Below the pieces are notes generated by a model that was not told the origin of the DNA, searched no databases, and saw only the letters and a program-made list of their open reading frames with translations. From Laetmonice hystrix (Eukaryota), in NCBI GenBank assembly GCA_965235115.1, contig OZ249436.1, positions 14,262,001 to 14,326,000 of the forward strand: 64,000 nt of DNA. Direction: 5' to 3'. The position numbers and the translations under genes are program-made. Positions 38,714 through 52,326 of the stretch are shown piece by piece. Numbering within the stretch: the first letter of the stretch is position 1; every line of letters starts with the position of its first letter.

Positions 38714-39300
38714 TACCCTGTGAACACGGAGAGACAGCGCCATGTCGTACATACACACTTACCCTGCGAACACATGTACGTACACACTTACCCTGTGAAC
38801 ACGGAGAGACAGCGCCATGTCGTAGGTACATACACACTTACCCTGTGAACACATGTACGTACACACTTACCCTGTGAACACGGAGAGACAGCGCCATGTC
38901 GTAGGTACGTGCACACTTACCCTGTGAACACATGTACGTACACACATACCCTGTGAACACATGTACGTACACACTTACCCTGTGAACACATGCACGTACA
39001 CACTTACCCTGTGAACACGGAGAGACAGCGCCATGTCGTAGACACATACACACTTACCCTGTGAACACATGTACGTACACACATACCCTGTGAACACGGA
39101 GAGACAGCGCCATGTCGTAGGTACATACACACTTACCCTGTGAACACACGTACACACACACTTACCCTGTGAACACGGAGAGACAGCGCCATGTCGTAGG
39201 TACATACACACTTACCCTGTGAACACATGTACATACACACTTACCCTGTGAACACATGTACACCCCCACTTACCCTGTGAACACGGAGTAGGTACATACA
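38714..39300. repeat. Composite minisatellite of interleaved ~27-bp and ~49-bp units sharing the core acacttaccctgtgaacac
   Basis: The core is followed by either atgtacgt or ggagagacagcgccatgtcgtaggtacat. Confidence 0.93.
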
Positions 39301-40610
39301 CGGTTTACATGGACGTTGTCAAGCCGAGCCGCCAGTACTGAGTCTTACTGAACTGATTACAGTAATCCTCATCAGCCTCATGTGGAGCAGCCTGAGATCG
39401 CCCTAGGGCCAGCCCCTCCTTGTTCTGTCTGCTGGTTTATTCTGGTACGTCTAACAAATTACCGGTCGAGAAGGGTCCAAATACCAGGCGGGAACAGGTC
39501 GGTATCGATGGGAAGGATTCAATTTGCTGAGATGCGCTATGGGGTGCGGCGGGCAGGACGGGCACTTGGGTTTTGTAGATTGATTTAGTGTGGGATCGAA
39601 GGTGACCGCTGCACCAGACACTTAGAAGAGAGGGGCCGGGACTTGGCTGGCTTGAGGGGAGCAAGGCTCAACTATGATGTAGTCTACTGTGGCGGCACCC
39701 TACTGGGGGCTGAAATATGACAATTTGCTCGCCTTGCTGCTTTCTGGGGGCGTGAGGAGCAACTTGAATGGAGATTACATGACAGCCAATTTAAAGGTGT
39801 TCTCTGTTTGAGAATAATTCTTCTTTTTTTCCTGCAAGAGTGTGTGGTTTCCTGGTGTGTAAAGCACATTACCTTTTACACCTTTTCCCCATTTTTTAGT
39901 TCTGGTATTTTGGATAAGGATGTGATGTTCAAGGGTTGAAGCTACAGTCGTGTTGAGTGAGAGCCGGTTTCCTGCCATTTGTTTGGTAAAAGTTGTCCAG
40001 GATTGAGTTGTTTTTGATACATCAGAGTTTCTGTATCAGTGAATGGTAGTAGGTAGATGTGTTAGTATAGAATTCTATCTTATTGCTTTATTTGTTGTTG
40101 ACTACAATTATATGAGTAGGCCTACAGGCAGTAGTCACGTCAGTGTTGTGTCCACCTTAACATTGACTTAGCGATTCATTCTTCTGGTCAGTTGGTCAGT
40201 CGCTTAGGGACATGTCGTATAAATTTTTAAATGTCCTTGTGTGGACATACCTTCTGACCTCCAATAAAAAGTGGAGTCAGTGCACCTCTTCCAGATGTCC
40301 CTCCATAAAACGTCGGGTCGATAAGGCCAGATCGAGGTGGCACAATGCCACATGGTAGGCGCTGTGTTACATTCCGTCTGTGATCAGTTGTACGAGTCTG
40401 GTGACCTTCGATAGCACAGACTACACGTTTCAGCCACATGACGCCGAGAGGATGTTGGGAAGTGATGGAGGGGGCAAGGTGGGAGGGCCAGCCCCCTCAC
40501 GGATTCAGGGACAAAGGTCCCATCAGGGACTCCCCGTTCAAAGGTCTCCAGTGGAGAAGGTTAATTTGGAGTGTCTATGGGTCTACCGCCGAGTGGCAAT
40601 ATCGCACATA

Positions 40611-43600
40611 CAACATCTCGGGGTATACTGACCCTGGCTGTCTGATACAACCACCAGCCACTGTCTGTGACCTACCAACATCTCGGGGTATACTGACACT
40701 GGCTGTCTGATACAACCACCAGCCGCTGTCTGTGACCTACCAACATCTCGGGGTATACTGACCCTGGCTGTCTGATACAACCACCAGCCGCTGTCTGTGA
40801 CCTACCAACATCTCGGGGTATACTGACCCTGGCTGTCTGATACAACCACCAGCCGCTGTCTGTGACCTACCAACATCTCGGGGTATACTGACTCTGGCTG
40901 TCTGATACAACCACCAGCCGCTGTCTGTGACCTACCAACATCTCGGGGTATACTGACCCTGGCTGTCTGATACAACCACCAGCCGCTGTCTGTGACCTAC
41001 CAACATCTCGGGGTATACTGACCCTGGCTGTCTGATACAACCACCAGCCGCTGTCTGTGACCTACCAACATCTCGGGGTATACTGACCCTGGCTGTCTGA
41101 TACAACCACCAGCCGCTGTCTGTAACCTACCAACATCTCGGGGTATACTGACCCTAGCTGTCTGATACAACCACCGGCCGCTGTCTGTGACCTACCAACA
41201 TCTCGGGGTATACTGACCCTAGCTGTCTGATACAACCACCAGCCGCTGTCTGTGACCTACCAACATCTCGGGGTATACTGACCCTGGCTGTCTGATACAA
41301 CCACCAGCCGCTGTCTGTGACCTACCAACATCTCGAGGTATACCGACCCTGGCTGTCTGATACAACCACCAGCCGCTGTCTGTGACCTACCAACATCTCG
41401 GGGTATACTGACCCTGGCTGTCTGATACAACCACCAGCCGCTGTCTGTAACCTACCAACATCTCGGGGTATACTGACCCTGGCTGTCTGATACAACCACC
41501 AGCCGCTGTCTGTAACCTACCAACATCTCGGGGTATACTGACCCTGGCTGTCTGATACAACCACCAGCCGCTGTCTGTGACCTACCAACATCTCTCGGCA
41601 TACTGACCATGGCTGTCTGATACAACCACTAGCCGCTGTCTGTGACCTACCAACATCTCGGGGCATACTGACCCTGGCTGTCTGATACAACCACCAGCCG
41701 CTGTCTGTGACCTACCAACATCTCGGGGTATACTGACCCTGGCTGTCTGATACAACCACCAGCCGCTCTCTGTGACCTACCAACATCTCGGGGTATACTG
41801 ACCCTGGCTGTCTGATACAACCACCAGTCGCTGTCTGTGACCTACCAACATCTCGGGGTATACTGACCCTGGCTGTCTGATACAACCACCAGCCGCTGTC
41901 TGTAACCTACCAACATCTCGGGGTATACTGACCCTGGCTGTCTGATACAACCACCAGCCGCTGTCTGTGACCTACCAACATCTCGGGGTATACTGACCCT
42001 GGCTGTCTGATACAACCACCAGCCGCTGTCTGTAACCTACCAACATCTCGGGGTATACTGACCCTGGCTGTCTGATACAACCACCAGCCGCTGTCTGTGA
42101 CCTACCAACATCTCTCGGCATACTGACCATGGCTGTCTGATACAACCACTAGCCGCTGTCTGTGACCTACCAACATCTCGGGGCATACTGACCCTGGCTG
42201 TCTGATACAACCACCAGCCGCTGTCTGTGACCTACCAACATCTCGGGGTATACTGACCCTGGCTGTCTGATACAACCACCAGCCGCTCTCTGTGACCTAC
42301 CAACATCTCGGGGTATACTGACCCTGGCTGTCTGATACAACCACCAGTCGCTGTCTGTGACCTACCAACATCTCGGGGTATACTGACCCTGGCTGTCTGA
42401 TACAACCACCAGCCGCTGTCTGTAACCTACCAACATCTCGGGGTATACTGACCCTGGCTGTCTGATACAACCACCAGCCGCTGTCTGTGACCTACCAACA
42501 TCCCGGGGTATACCGACCCTGGCTGTCTGATACAACCACCAGCCGCTGTCTGTGACCTACCAACATCCCGGGGTATACTGACCCTGGCTGTCTGATACAA
42601 CCACCAGCCGCTGTCTGTGACCTACCAACATCTCGGGGTATACTGACCCTGGCTGTCTGATACAACCACCAGCCGCTGTCTGTGACCTACCAACATCTCG
42701 GGGTATACTGACCCTGGCTGTCTGATACAACCACCAGCCGCTGTCTGTGACCTACCAACATCTCGGGGTATACTGACCCTGGCTGTCTGATACAACCACC
42801 AGCCGCTGTCTGTGACCTACCAACATCTCGGGGTATACTGACCCTGGCTGTCTGATACAACCACCAGCCGCTGTCTGTGACCTACCAACATCTCGGGGTA
42901 TACTGACCCTGGCTGTCTGATACAACCACCAGCCGCTGTCTGTGACCTACCAACATCCCGGGGTATACCGACCCTGGCTGTCTGATACAACCACCAGCCG
43001 CTGTCTGTAACCTACCAACATCTCGGGGTATACTGACCCTGGCTGTCTGATACAACCACCAGCCGCTGTCTGTAACCTACCAACATCTCGGGGTATACTA
43101 GCTGACCCTGGCTGTCTGATACAACCACCAGCCGCTGTCTGTGACCTACCAACATCTCGGGGTATACTGACCCTGGCTGTCTGATACAACCACCAGCCGC
43201 TGTCTGTGACCTACTAACATCTCGAGGTATACTGACCCTGGCTGTCTGATACAACCACCAGCCGCTGTCTGTGACCTACCAACATCTCGGGGTATACCGA
43301 CCCTGGCTGTCTGATACAACCACCAGCCGCTGTCTGTGACCTACCAACATCTCGGGGTATACTGACCCTGGCTGTCTGATACAACCACCAGCCGCTGTCT
43401 GTAACCTACCAACATCTCGGGGTATACTGACCCTGGCTGTCTGATACAACCACCAGCCGCTGTCTGTAACCTACCAACATCTCGGGGTATACTGACCCTA
43501 GCTGTCTGATACAACCACCAGCCGCTGTCTGTGACCTACCAACATCTCGGGGTATACTGACCCTGGCTGTCTGATACAACCACCAGCCGCTGTCTGTGAC

Positions 43601-43810
43601 CTACCAACATCCCGGGGTATACCGACCCTGGCTGTCTGATACAACCACCAGCCGCTGTCTGTGACCTACCAACATCTCGGGGTATACTGACCCTGGCTGT
43701 CTGATACAACCACCAGCCGCTGTCTGTAACCTACCAACATCTCGGGGTATACTGACCCTAGCTGTCTGATACAACCACCAGCCGCTGCCTGTGACCTACC
43801 AACATCTCGG
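40611..43810. repeat. 65-bp satellite, ~49 copies, with a 520-bp (8-unit) internal duplication
   Basis: Unit caacatctcggggtatactgaccctggctgtctgatacaaccaccagccgctgtctgtgacctac. Variants recur at 41591/42111, 41761/42281 and 41821/42341. Confidence 0.98.
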
Positions 43811-44151
43811 CTGGTAGTTACTGACCTGTGTAACTGGAACCCTAACGTCCAGGCTGTTTCACCTGTATATTAGATAGGGTAACCTCTCTGTGACCTTTCA
43901 TAAGTTAGAATCCTGATACCCTTGATCCAGCAGATCAGGCTGAGTGAATGAAGGCTGAGGTTGAGTCTCCACGGATACATGCTATAGCCTATAAGTACAA
44001 TGGTGAGCATGATCTTGTCATTCTCATCCTTTTCATTGGCGTAGACTCGGTGGAGCCTTCTTGTCATTGAAGGACTAATATATTGATCCTCCCTACGGGC
44101 GGCGTCTGTCCCTGTGTCCGGTGACATAACACGGCAGGACCACAATGCGAT

Positions 44152-44215
44152 CACCCACGGGCACACGGCATTCACCCACGGGTACACGGCATTCACCCAC
44201 GGGTACACGGCACGC
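44152..44215. repeat. 21-bp tandem repeat, 3 copies
   Basis: cacccacggg(c/t)acacggcatt repeated. Confidence 0.8.
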
Positions 44216-45006
44216 ACGCACGCACTGCACAGGTGCATTCCGAGCCGTGATCAGAGATTTATAATAGTAGACGATTGTGGTATTGCTGCATCGTTTAATA
44301 CAAACAAGAGAAATATCTAAGTGGTCTCCTTGATGAGTTTAATGAATGATATCGAGTCCCTTCAATAACATACAACTTTCGTCAACGAATATAATGTTTC
44401 CACCTGCAAAAGATTGGGCAGACAAGATTTGAGAGGAAGGATTGGAGTGTACACAGATTTCTTTTTTTCACACTGTTTCAATACGGAAAACGTTTGTATG
44501 TGCTGGAACGTATTACAGGGCTTGAGTTGGAAAACAAAATGTTGATAATATTAACCAGAACTTTTCGTTTTCACCAGTATATGATATTTTTAAGGCCTAT
44601 TTTTAATCGACTTTGTTACTGGCCACCTCTGCGTCGGAAACATTCCAGCGTTAAACATTGAAAAGAAGGAAGCGAGGCATGTGAATGTTTAATGTTTTTC
44701 TACAGTCTTTTGATCTTTACTTTATGACCATATCCATCTTCATTATATTCCAGACTTCACGTGAAGACAGTCCAGATTAGCTCTGTGCTCTGAGTATGTT
44801 TTCCTTATTGTCGTTGATGAAATAAAGATCATTTGCTTCCTATCATATGGATGTGGACTGTTCCTCCAGTCTTCCTCTTTGAATTAAACACATGGCAAAG
44901 TGTCAAAAACTTACTCCTTTTGGGAAACACAGTTTCTATCATTATTTCAACACTCTTTCTGGAGAGTTCTCTATCCTTTGTCTTGTCCGACCGACCGCCG
45001 TTACCC

Positions 45007-48000
45007 GTCGGCGTCCCCCAGTAGGATGGTGAGGGTACCTGTCTGTGACACCATGGCAGTGTGTGGAGGGAGGGTGTTGGTGTCCTCCAGTAGGATGGTG
45101 AGGGTACCTATCTGTGACACCAGTCTGTGGAGGGAGGGTGTTGGTGTCCTCCAGTAGGATGGTGAGGGTACCTGTCTGTGACACCAGTCTGTGGAGGGAG
45201 GGTGTCGGCGTCCTCCAGTACGATGGTGAGGGTACCTGTCTGTGACACCAGTCTGTGGATGGAGGGTGTTGGCGTCCCCCAGTAGGATGGTGAGGGTACA
45301 GGTCTGTGACACCAGTCTGTGGATGGAGGGTGTTGGCGTCCTCCAGTAGGATGGAGAGGGTACCTGTCTGTGACACCAGTCTGTGAAGGGAGGGTGTTGG
45401 CGTCCTCCAGTAGGATGGAGAGGGTACCTGTCTGTGACACCAGTCTGTGGAGGGAGGGTGTTGGCGTCCTCCAGTAGGATGGTGAGGGTACCTGTCTGTG
45501 ACACCAGTGTGTGGAGGGAGGGTGTTGATGTCCTCCAGTAGGATGGTGAGGGTACCTGTCTGTGACACCAGTCTGTGGAGGGAGGGTGTTGATGTCCTCC
45601 AGTAGGATGGTGAGGGTACCTGTCTGTGACACCAGTCTGTGGGGGGAGGGTGTTGGCGTCCTCCAGTAGGATGGTGAGGGTACCTGTCTGTGACACCAGT
45701 CTGTGGAGGGAGGGTGTTGGTGTCCTCCAGTACGATGGTGAGGGTACCTGTCTGTGACACCAGTCTGTGGAGGGAGGGTGTCGGCGTCCTCCAGTAGGAT
45801 GGTGAGGGTACCTGTCTGTGACACCAATCTGTGGGGGGAGGGTGTTGGCCTCCTCCAGTAGGATAGTGAGGGTACCTGTCTGTGACACCAGTCTGTGGAT
45901 GGAGGGTGTTGATGTCCTCCAGTAGGATGGTGAGGGTACCTGTCTGTGACACCAGTCTGTGGAGGGAGGGTGTTGGCGTCCTCCAGTAGGATGGTGAGGG
46001 TACATGTCTGTGACACCAGTCTGTGGAGGGAGGGTGTTGGTGTCCTCCAGTAGGATAGTGAGGGTACCTGTCTGTGACACCAGTCTGTGGATGGAGGGTG
46101 TTGATGTCCTCCAGTAGGATGGTGAGGGTACCTGTCTGTGACACCAGTCTGTGGATGGAGGGTGTTGGCGTCCTCCAGTAGGATGGTGAGGGTACCTGTC
46201 TGTGACACCAGTCTGTGGAGGGAGTGTGTTGGCGTCCTCCAGTAGGATGGTGAGGGTACCTGTCTGTGACACCAGTCTGTGGAGTGAGGGTGATGGTGTC
46301 CTCCAGTAGGATGGTGAGGGTACCTGTCTGTGACACCAATCTGTGGAGGGAGGGTGTTGGTGTGCTCCAGTAGGATGGTGAGGGTACCTGTCTGTGACAC
46401 CAGTCTGTGGAGGGAGGGTGTTGGCGTCGTCCAGTAGGATGGTGAGGGTACATGTCTGTGACACCAATCTGTGTGGAGGGAAGGTGTTGGTGTGCTCCAG
46501 TAGGATGGTGAGGGTACCTGTCTGTGACACCGGTCTGTGGATGGAGGGTGTTGGCGTCCTCCAGTACGATGGTGAGGGTACCTGTCTGTGACACCAGTCT
46601 GTGGATGGAGTGTGTTGGCGTCCTCCAGTAGGATGGTGAGGGTACCTGTCTGTGACACCAGTCTGTGGAGGGAGGGTGTTGGCGTCCTCCAGTAGGATGG
46701 TGAGGGTACCTGTCTGTGACACCAGTCTGTGGGGGGAGGGTGTTGGCGTCCTCCAGTAGGATAGTGAGGGTACCTGTCTGTGACACCAGTGTGTGGAGGG
46801 AGGGTGTTGGCCTCCTTCAGTAGGATGGTGAGGGTACCTGTCTGTGACACCAGTCTGTGGAGGGAGGGTGTTGGTGTGCTCCAGTAGGATGGTGAGGGTA
46901 CCTGTCTGTGACACCAGTCTGTGGAGGGAGGGTGTTGGTGTCCTCCAGTAGGATGGTGAGGGTACAGGTCTGTGACACCAGTCTGTGGATGGAGGGTGTT
47001 GGCGTCCTCCAGTAGGATGGTGAGGGTACCTGTCTGTGACACCAGTCTGTGGAGGGAGGGTGTTGATGTCCTCCAGTAGGATGGTGAGGGTACATGTCTG
47101 TGACACCAGTGTGTGGAGGGAAGGTGTTGGTGTCCTCCAGTAGGATGGTGAGGGTACCTGTCTGTGACACCAGTGTGTGGAGGGAAGGTGTTGGTGTGCT
47201 CCAGTAGGATGGTGAGGGTGTCTGTCTGTGACACCAGTCTGTGGAGGTAGGGTGTTGGTGTCCTCCAGTAGGATGGTGAGGGTACCTGTCTGTGACACCA
47301 ATCTGTGGGGGGAGGGTGTTGGCGTCCTCCAGTAGGATGGTGAGGGTACCTGTCTGTGACACCAGTCTGTGGAGGGAGGGTGTTGGCGTCCTCCAGTAGG
47401 ATGGTGAGGGTACCTGTCTGTGACACCAGTCTGTGGGGGGAGGGTGTTGGCGTCCTCCAGTAGGATGGTGAGAGTACCTGTCTGTGACACCAGTCTGTGG
47501 ATGGAGGGTGTTGATGTCCTCCAGTAGGATGGTGAGGGTACATGTCTGTGACACCAGTCTGCGGAGGGAGGGTGTTGATGTCCTCCAGTAGGATGGTGAG
47601 GGTACATGTCTGTGACACCAGTCTGTGGAGGGAGGGTGTTGGTGTGCTCCAGTAGGATGGTGAGGGTACCTGTCTGTGACACCATGGCAGTGTGTGGAGG
47701 GAGGGTGTTGGTGTGCTCCAGTAGGATGGTGAGGGTACCTGTCTGTGACACCAGTCTGTGGAGGGAGGGTGTTGGTGTCCTCCAGTAGGATGGTGAGGGT
47801 ACCTGTCTGTGACACCAATCTGTGGAGGGAGGGTGTTAGTGTCCTCCAGTACGATGGTGAGGGTACCTGACTATGACACCAATCTGTGGAGGGAGGGTGT
47901 TGGTGTCCTCCAGTAGGATGGTGAGGGTACCTGTCTGTGACACCGGTCTGTGTGGGGGGAGGGTGTTGGTGTGCTCCAGTAGGATGGTGAGGGTACCTGT

Positions 48001-49079
48001 CTGTGACACCAGTCTGTGGGGGGAGGGTGTTGGTGTGCTCCAGTAGGATGGTGAGGGTACCTGTCTGTGACACCAGTCTGTGGAGGGAGGGTGTTGGTGT
48101 CCTCCAGTACGATGGTGAGGGTACCTGTCTGTGACACCAGTCTGTGGAGGGAGGGTGTTGGCGTCCTCCAGTAGGATGGTGAGGGTACCTGTCTGTGACA
48201 CCAGTCTGTGGAGGGAGGGTGTTGATGTGCTCCAGTAGGATGGTGAGGGTACCTGTCTGTGACACCAGTCTGTGGGGGGAGGGTGTTGGTGTGCTCCAGT
48301 AGGATGGTGAGGGTACCTGTCTGTGACACCAGTCTGTGGAGGGAGGGTGTTGGTGTGCTCCAGTAGGATGGTGAGGGTACCTGTCTGTGACACCAGTCTG
48401 TGGGGGGAGGGTGTTGGTGTGCTCCAGTAGGATGGTGAGGGTGTCTGTCTGTGACACCAGTCTGTGGGGGGAGGGTGTTGGCCTCCTCCAGTAGGATAGT
48501 GAGGGTACCTGTCTGTGACACCAATCTGTGGGGGGAGGGCGTTGGCCTCCTCCAGTAGGATAGTGAGGGTACCTGTCTGTGACACCAGTCTGTGGAGGGA
48601 GGGTGTTGATGTCCTCCAGTAGGATAGTGAGGGTACCTGTCTGTGACACCAGTCTGTGGAGGGAGGGTGTTGGCGTCCTCCAGTAGGATGGTGAGGGTAC
48701 CTGTCTGTGACACCAGTCTGTGGGGGGAGGGTGTTGGTGTGCTCCAGTAGGATGGTGAGGGTACCTGTCTGTGACACCAGTCTGTGGGGGGAGGGTGTTG
48801 GTGTGCTCCAGTAGGATGGTGAGGGTACCTGTCTGTGACACCAGTGTGTGGAGGGAGGGTGTTGGTGTGCTCCAGTAGGATGGTGAGGGTACCTGTCTGT
48901 GACACCAATCTGTGGAGGGAGGGTGTTGGTGTGCTCCAGTAGGATGGTGAGGGTACCTGTCTGTGACACCAGTCTGTGGAGGGAGGGTGTCGGCGTCCTC
49001 CAGTAGGATGGTGAGGGTACCTGTCTGTGACACCAATCTGTGGGGGGAGGGTGATGGCGTCCTCCAGTAGGATGGTGAG
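45007..49079. repeat. 64-bp G-rich satellite, ~63 copies
   Basis: Unit ggcgtcctccagtaggatggtgagggtacctgtctgtgacaccagtctgtggagggagggtgtt (46681 to 46745). Confidence 0.98.
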
Positions 49080-51080
49080 CCAGGTGAGATTACCTGTCTT
49101 GAGACAGTTGTCGGCAGGAAACGAGAGAAGAGCAGGTCAGCCTTGTCACTTCATTTACCGCAGGAAGATTTACTGGCCGTACTTGAACATAACTTGTACG
49201 ATAGAAATAACCTTTGGTTACAAAATCTAGTTAGCGTTTTAAGTAGATAACGAAAAGTAGCCTGTAAAAAAGTAGTTTTGGTTAATTATGTTGCCAGCTA
49301 CTGATGGAAACTTCCCCTTAGCATGCCATTCCTCTAACACTGTTTCACCAAGATAATATTGATATTATAAAGCCATGCCGTGAAGGAGATATCTGGGATA
49401 AACTAGGTTTATTAATATCGGAACAATCTTTACAGTCGATGAAGCCGTAATGATATTTGGGTGAGTATAAGACTGATTTGTTTCGGAGGACTGATCAGTT
49501 GTCATCCATCCTCAAAGATTAGCAGCCGAGTGGGTTGGTCGGGGTCCCATGGTGTGGTGTTGGTCGTCCGTCCGTCCGTCCCGCCAGCCGTTCCCTCAGG
49601 GCCATACCGCTACCGTCCTAATCCCTACCAGCTATCAAGGAAAGAGATGCAGACTGTGGCACGCGCACCCTCTCACCCACCACCGCTGTTTACTTATCCC
49701 ATCTAAGCCCCATTTCCCTTTCCAGTTAATGCTTCACTCACCCCATGAGAACATTTGGCCAAAACGCGAGAGGAAACCCCACGAGTGCATGTAACTTCCG
49801 AGTATGCACATTTATTCCCATAACGTCAGGTTGGTCTGTCCCTATGATTTTGCTTTGATCATGAAAGAAAGGGTTTCAATATTGGACTGGATCCAAAGTG
49901 TGGTGTGAATGTTGTTCCTCCTGCTGTGAATCAATTGCATTGAAAGGGTTAACGTTGCAGGCCGAGTTCGGATTTGATCTTCTTTGTGTGGGGCCCATCA
50001 GCAGTGGCTCATCGTTCGGACGGAGAGAGGATGGAAATGCTTTTAACCTTTGACTGATCAAACTCTGACTGAGTATAAAGGATTACCAAAAGTAGCACAT
50101 TTTTACTATATATAGTTTTCATAACTTGTTGTACATCAAAGAAAACCCTTTCTGAAATGTTTAGCATTACAATTTTACTTCTCAAGTCAACTTTGATCGG
50201 AGTCCCACCCTCTCAGTTCCGTTTACTGTGTTAAATCAGAAGAAATGAGAGGTTGGAATAGAGTGAAAAATACCTGTTCACATTACTATGACACTAAGCC
50301 GTATAGCCTGTTTGGTTTGATGGTATTTTGTTGTATCAAAGAGCATTACAGAGTAGTTCACTAAGGAAGCGTCACATGATAGACAGTCAACAACACATAG
50401 TATTGCCACATTTACGCAGAGTGTTAAAGTCGAATTCTTCAAACTGTTGTTTAAATCAGAACTGATGGCCGTGCTCTCCATACATCTACCTGAAACACCC
50501 CACCTAGTGTATCATGTTCAAACTAAACCATTAATTTTCATCCCAGTCTCTCCGCATCTTGACATACCATGAATCTGGTGGGGCTAGGCTATGGAGAAGG
50601 GTTGGTCGTAGAGGTGGGTCCGTTGTGGTCGTACGTTCGTGTTGAACGAATGATGGATGTTAACAACCAAGCAGTTGACAATGATTGATCAGTACTGTGT
50701 GACCAGGTGAGACAATACCCCCTGGGATTTCTCAGGTGTGTCATTGCAGTGCTGGCTCTCAGACACGAACCCACTCAGGGAGCCTCCTCGGAAAACACTA
50801 CCCCTATGACAAGCCCACGCTCGCTGCAGTTGTACAGTGATCATTTTTAAAATTCCTCTAATATCGACCAGTACGTCAAACCCGTTCGTGACGCGTAACG
50901 TGAGAGAAAAGAACGAAACGGTAGCGTTGGTATGTATTTTGGTTCACCCTCATGGCGGACTTTGTTGTAGAAAAAAAGGATGCTGCCGGAGTTTGACTTG
51001 CATGGCCGAGTTGATAAGGAGCGTGCCACGGCTGTGGTTGCCTTTGATGCCATCAAGTTATGTTGAGTTTGTCGTTTCAG

Positions 51081-51251
51081 TGTTCCGCCGAGTGTGGAAG
51101 GGGCCAGAGAACAAGGGAAGTGGTCTGTGTGAACTCGGAAGATAAACCCCTGGCAGAGAATAAATGTGATGGCCAGAAACCGCAACATGTCGAAATCTGT
51201 GACATGGGGTCGTGTGCAAAGACGTGGTTCTTCTCGCCATGGTCTCAGGAG
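51081..51251 (+). CDS. THSD4: THSD4-like coding exon: TSR
   Basis: Acceptor gtcgtttcag|51081, donor GAG|gtacgt; 171 nt, phase 0-0. Translates CSAECGRGQRTREVVCV...CDMGSCAKTWFFSPWSQE. The CDMGxCAKxWF..WS segment resembles vertebrate THSD4 as I recall it (not aligned here). Confidence 0.93.
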
Positions 51252-51812
51252 GTACGTACGTTCTTTACAGATACACACGACATTCTTCACATGTGGTGTC
51301 AGTACACTACATTACGATTCTTCATTATCGATATAGCTAGGCCTATAAAACATAAAACGTCAGATCTTACATAGCGATACATCGAGATGTAGTTAGATCG
51401 ACATGCTTCATTATACTATCTTACTCAGTTGTCACTGAAGATTATACTAATTTAACACTTGGGAGCTAAAGGATGAAATTATGTTGTAATTCTGGATCAT
51501 TTAGAGTAGTAGAGTTGTCAGAATAAGATGTATGAGAGGGAGGGTCGTGTCGTCTTTAGGGCTGAGCCGACAGACACTGACATTTTTATAGTCATTGTCT
51601 GAGAGTACTTCCCCACTCAGTAGGACAGAAGTATCTGTCCATGAAAATTGTTTAATTTACGACTCTACTTGACGGTAACGTACTTAGCCCCCTGCAGATC
51701 GACATAGCACAGCTTTATAACCACTGTGTAGGATGTTGGTGACGTAGACCAATTGATGAGGGTTGGTGTTGGGGGTGAAGGAGGGTGTTGATTATTGGAT
51801 GGTGTGTTCCAG

Positions 51813-51965
51813 TGTTCCACATCATGCGGGGAAGGTGTCTATGTAAGGAAGCTGTATTGTTCGGCCGAGGAACGCTGTAGCGCCATCCGCAAACCCAGGG
51901 CGGAGAAAACGTGCAAGAACAGCGTGCCCTGTGGGGGGCACTGGTTCACAGGGCCCTGGGACAAG
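51813..51965 (+). CDS. THSD4: THSD4-like coding exon: short TSR
   Basis: Acceptor gttccag|51813, donor AAG|gttaga; 153 nt, phase 0-0. Translates CSTSCGEGVYVRKLYCSAEERCSAIRKPRAEKTCKNSVPCGGHWFTGPWDK. Confidence 0.92.
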
Positions 51966-52016
51966 GTTAGACCACATCCCACATCCCAACTCTCATTTTA
52001 ACATTGTTGTCATCCT

Positions 52017-52187
52017 CACACCGAAAAGAGAAGTTTGTTGTATGAACAATTTTTTATACGCACACCGAGAAGAGAAGTCTGTTGTATGAACAATTTTGTA
52101 TCTTCACACCGAAAAGAGAAGTCTGTTGTATGAACAATTTTTTTTCCTCACATCGAAAAGAGAAGTGTGTTGTATGAACAATTTTTT
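52017..52187. repeat. ~43-46-bp tandem repeat, 4 copies, inside a 361-bp intron
   Basis: cacaccgaaaagagaagtctgttgtatgaacaatttt repeated. Confidence 0.9.
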
Positions 52188-52326
52188 ACGAGTTAACGTA
52201 AAGATTCCCATTAACTACCTGTAGAGTGACGACACTTGCACGTTTATCTGAGGATGGGTGTTTATTGTATTGATGAGTGCCCATGTTGACAAGGATGTTA
52301 AGGCATTGTTTGTTGTGATGTCGTAG

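Noticed and set aside
44942..49036. Long minus-strand ORFs (345-916 aa) as protein-coding genes
   Set aside because: They lie almost entirely within the 64-bp satellite, overlap in all three frames and repeat the same peptide, which is an artefact of a stop-free unit.
23211..49079. CRISPR array interpretation of the regular repeats
   Set aside because: The units are head-to-tail with no unique spacers, there are no cas genes, and the context is a eukaryotic intron.
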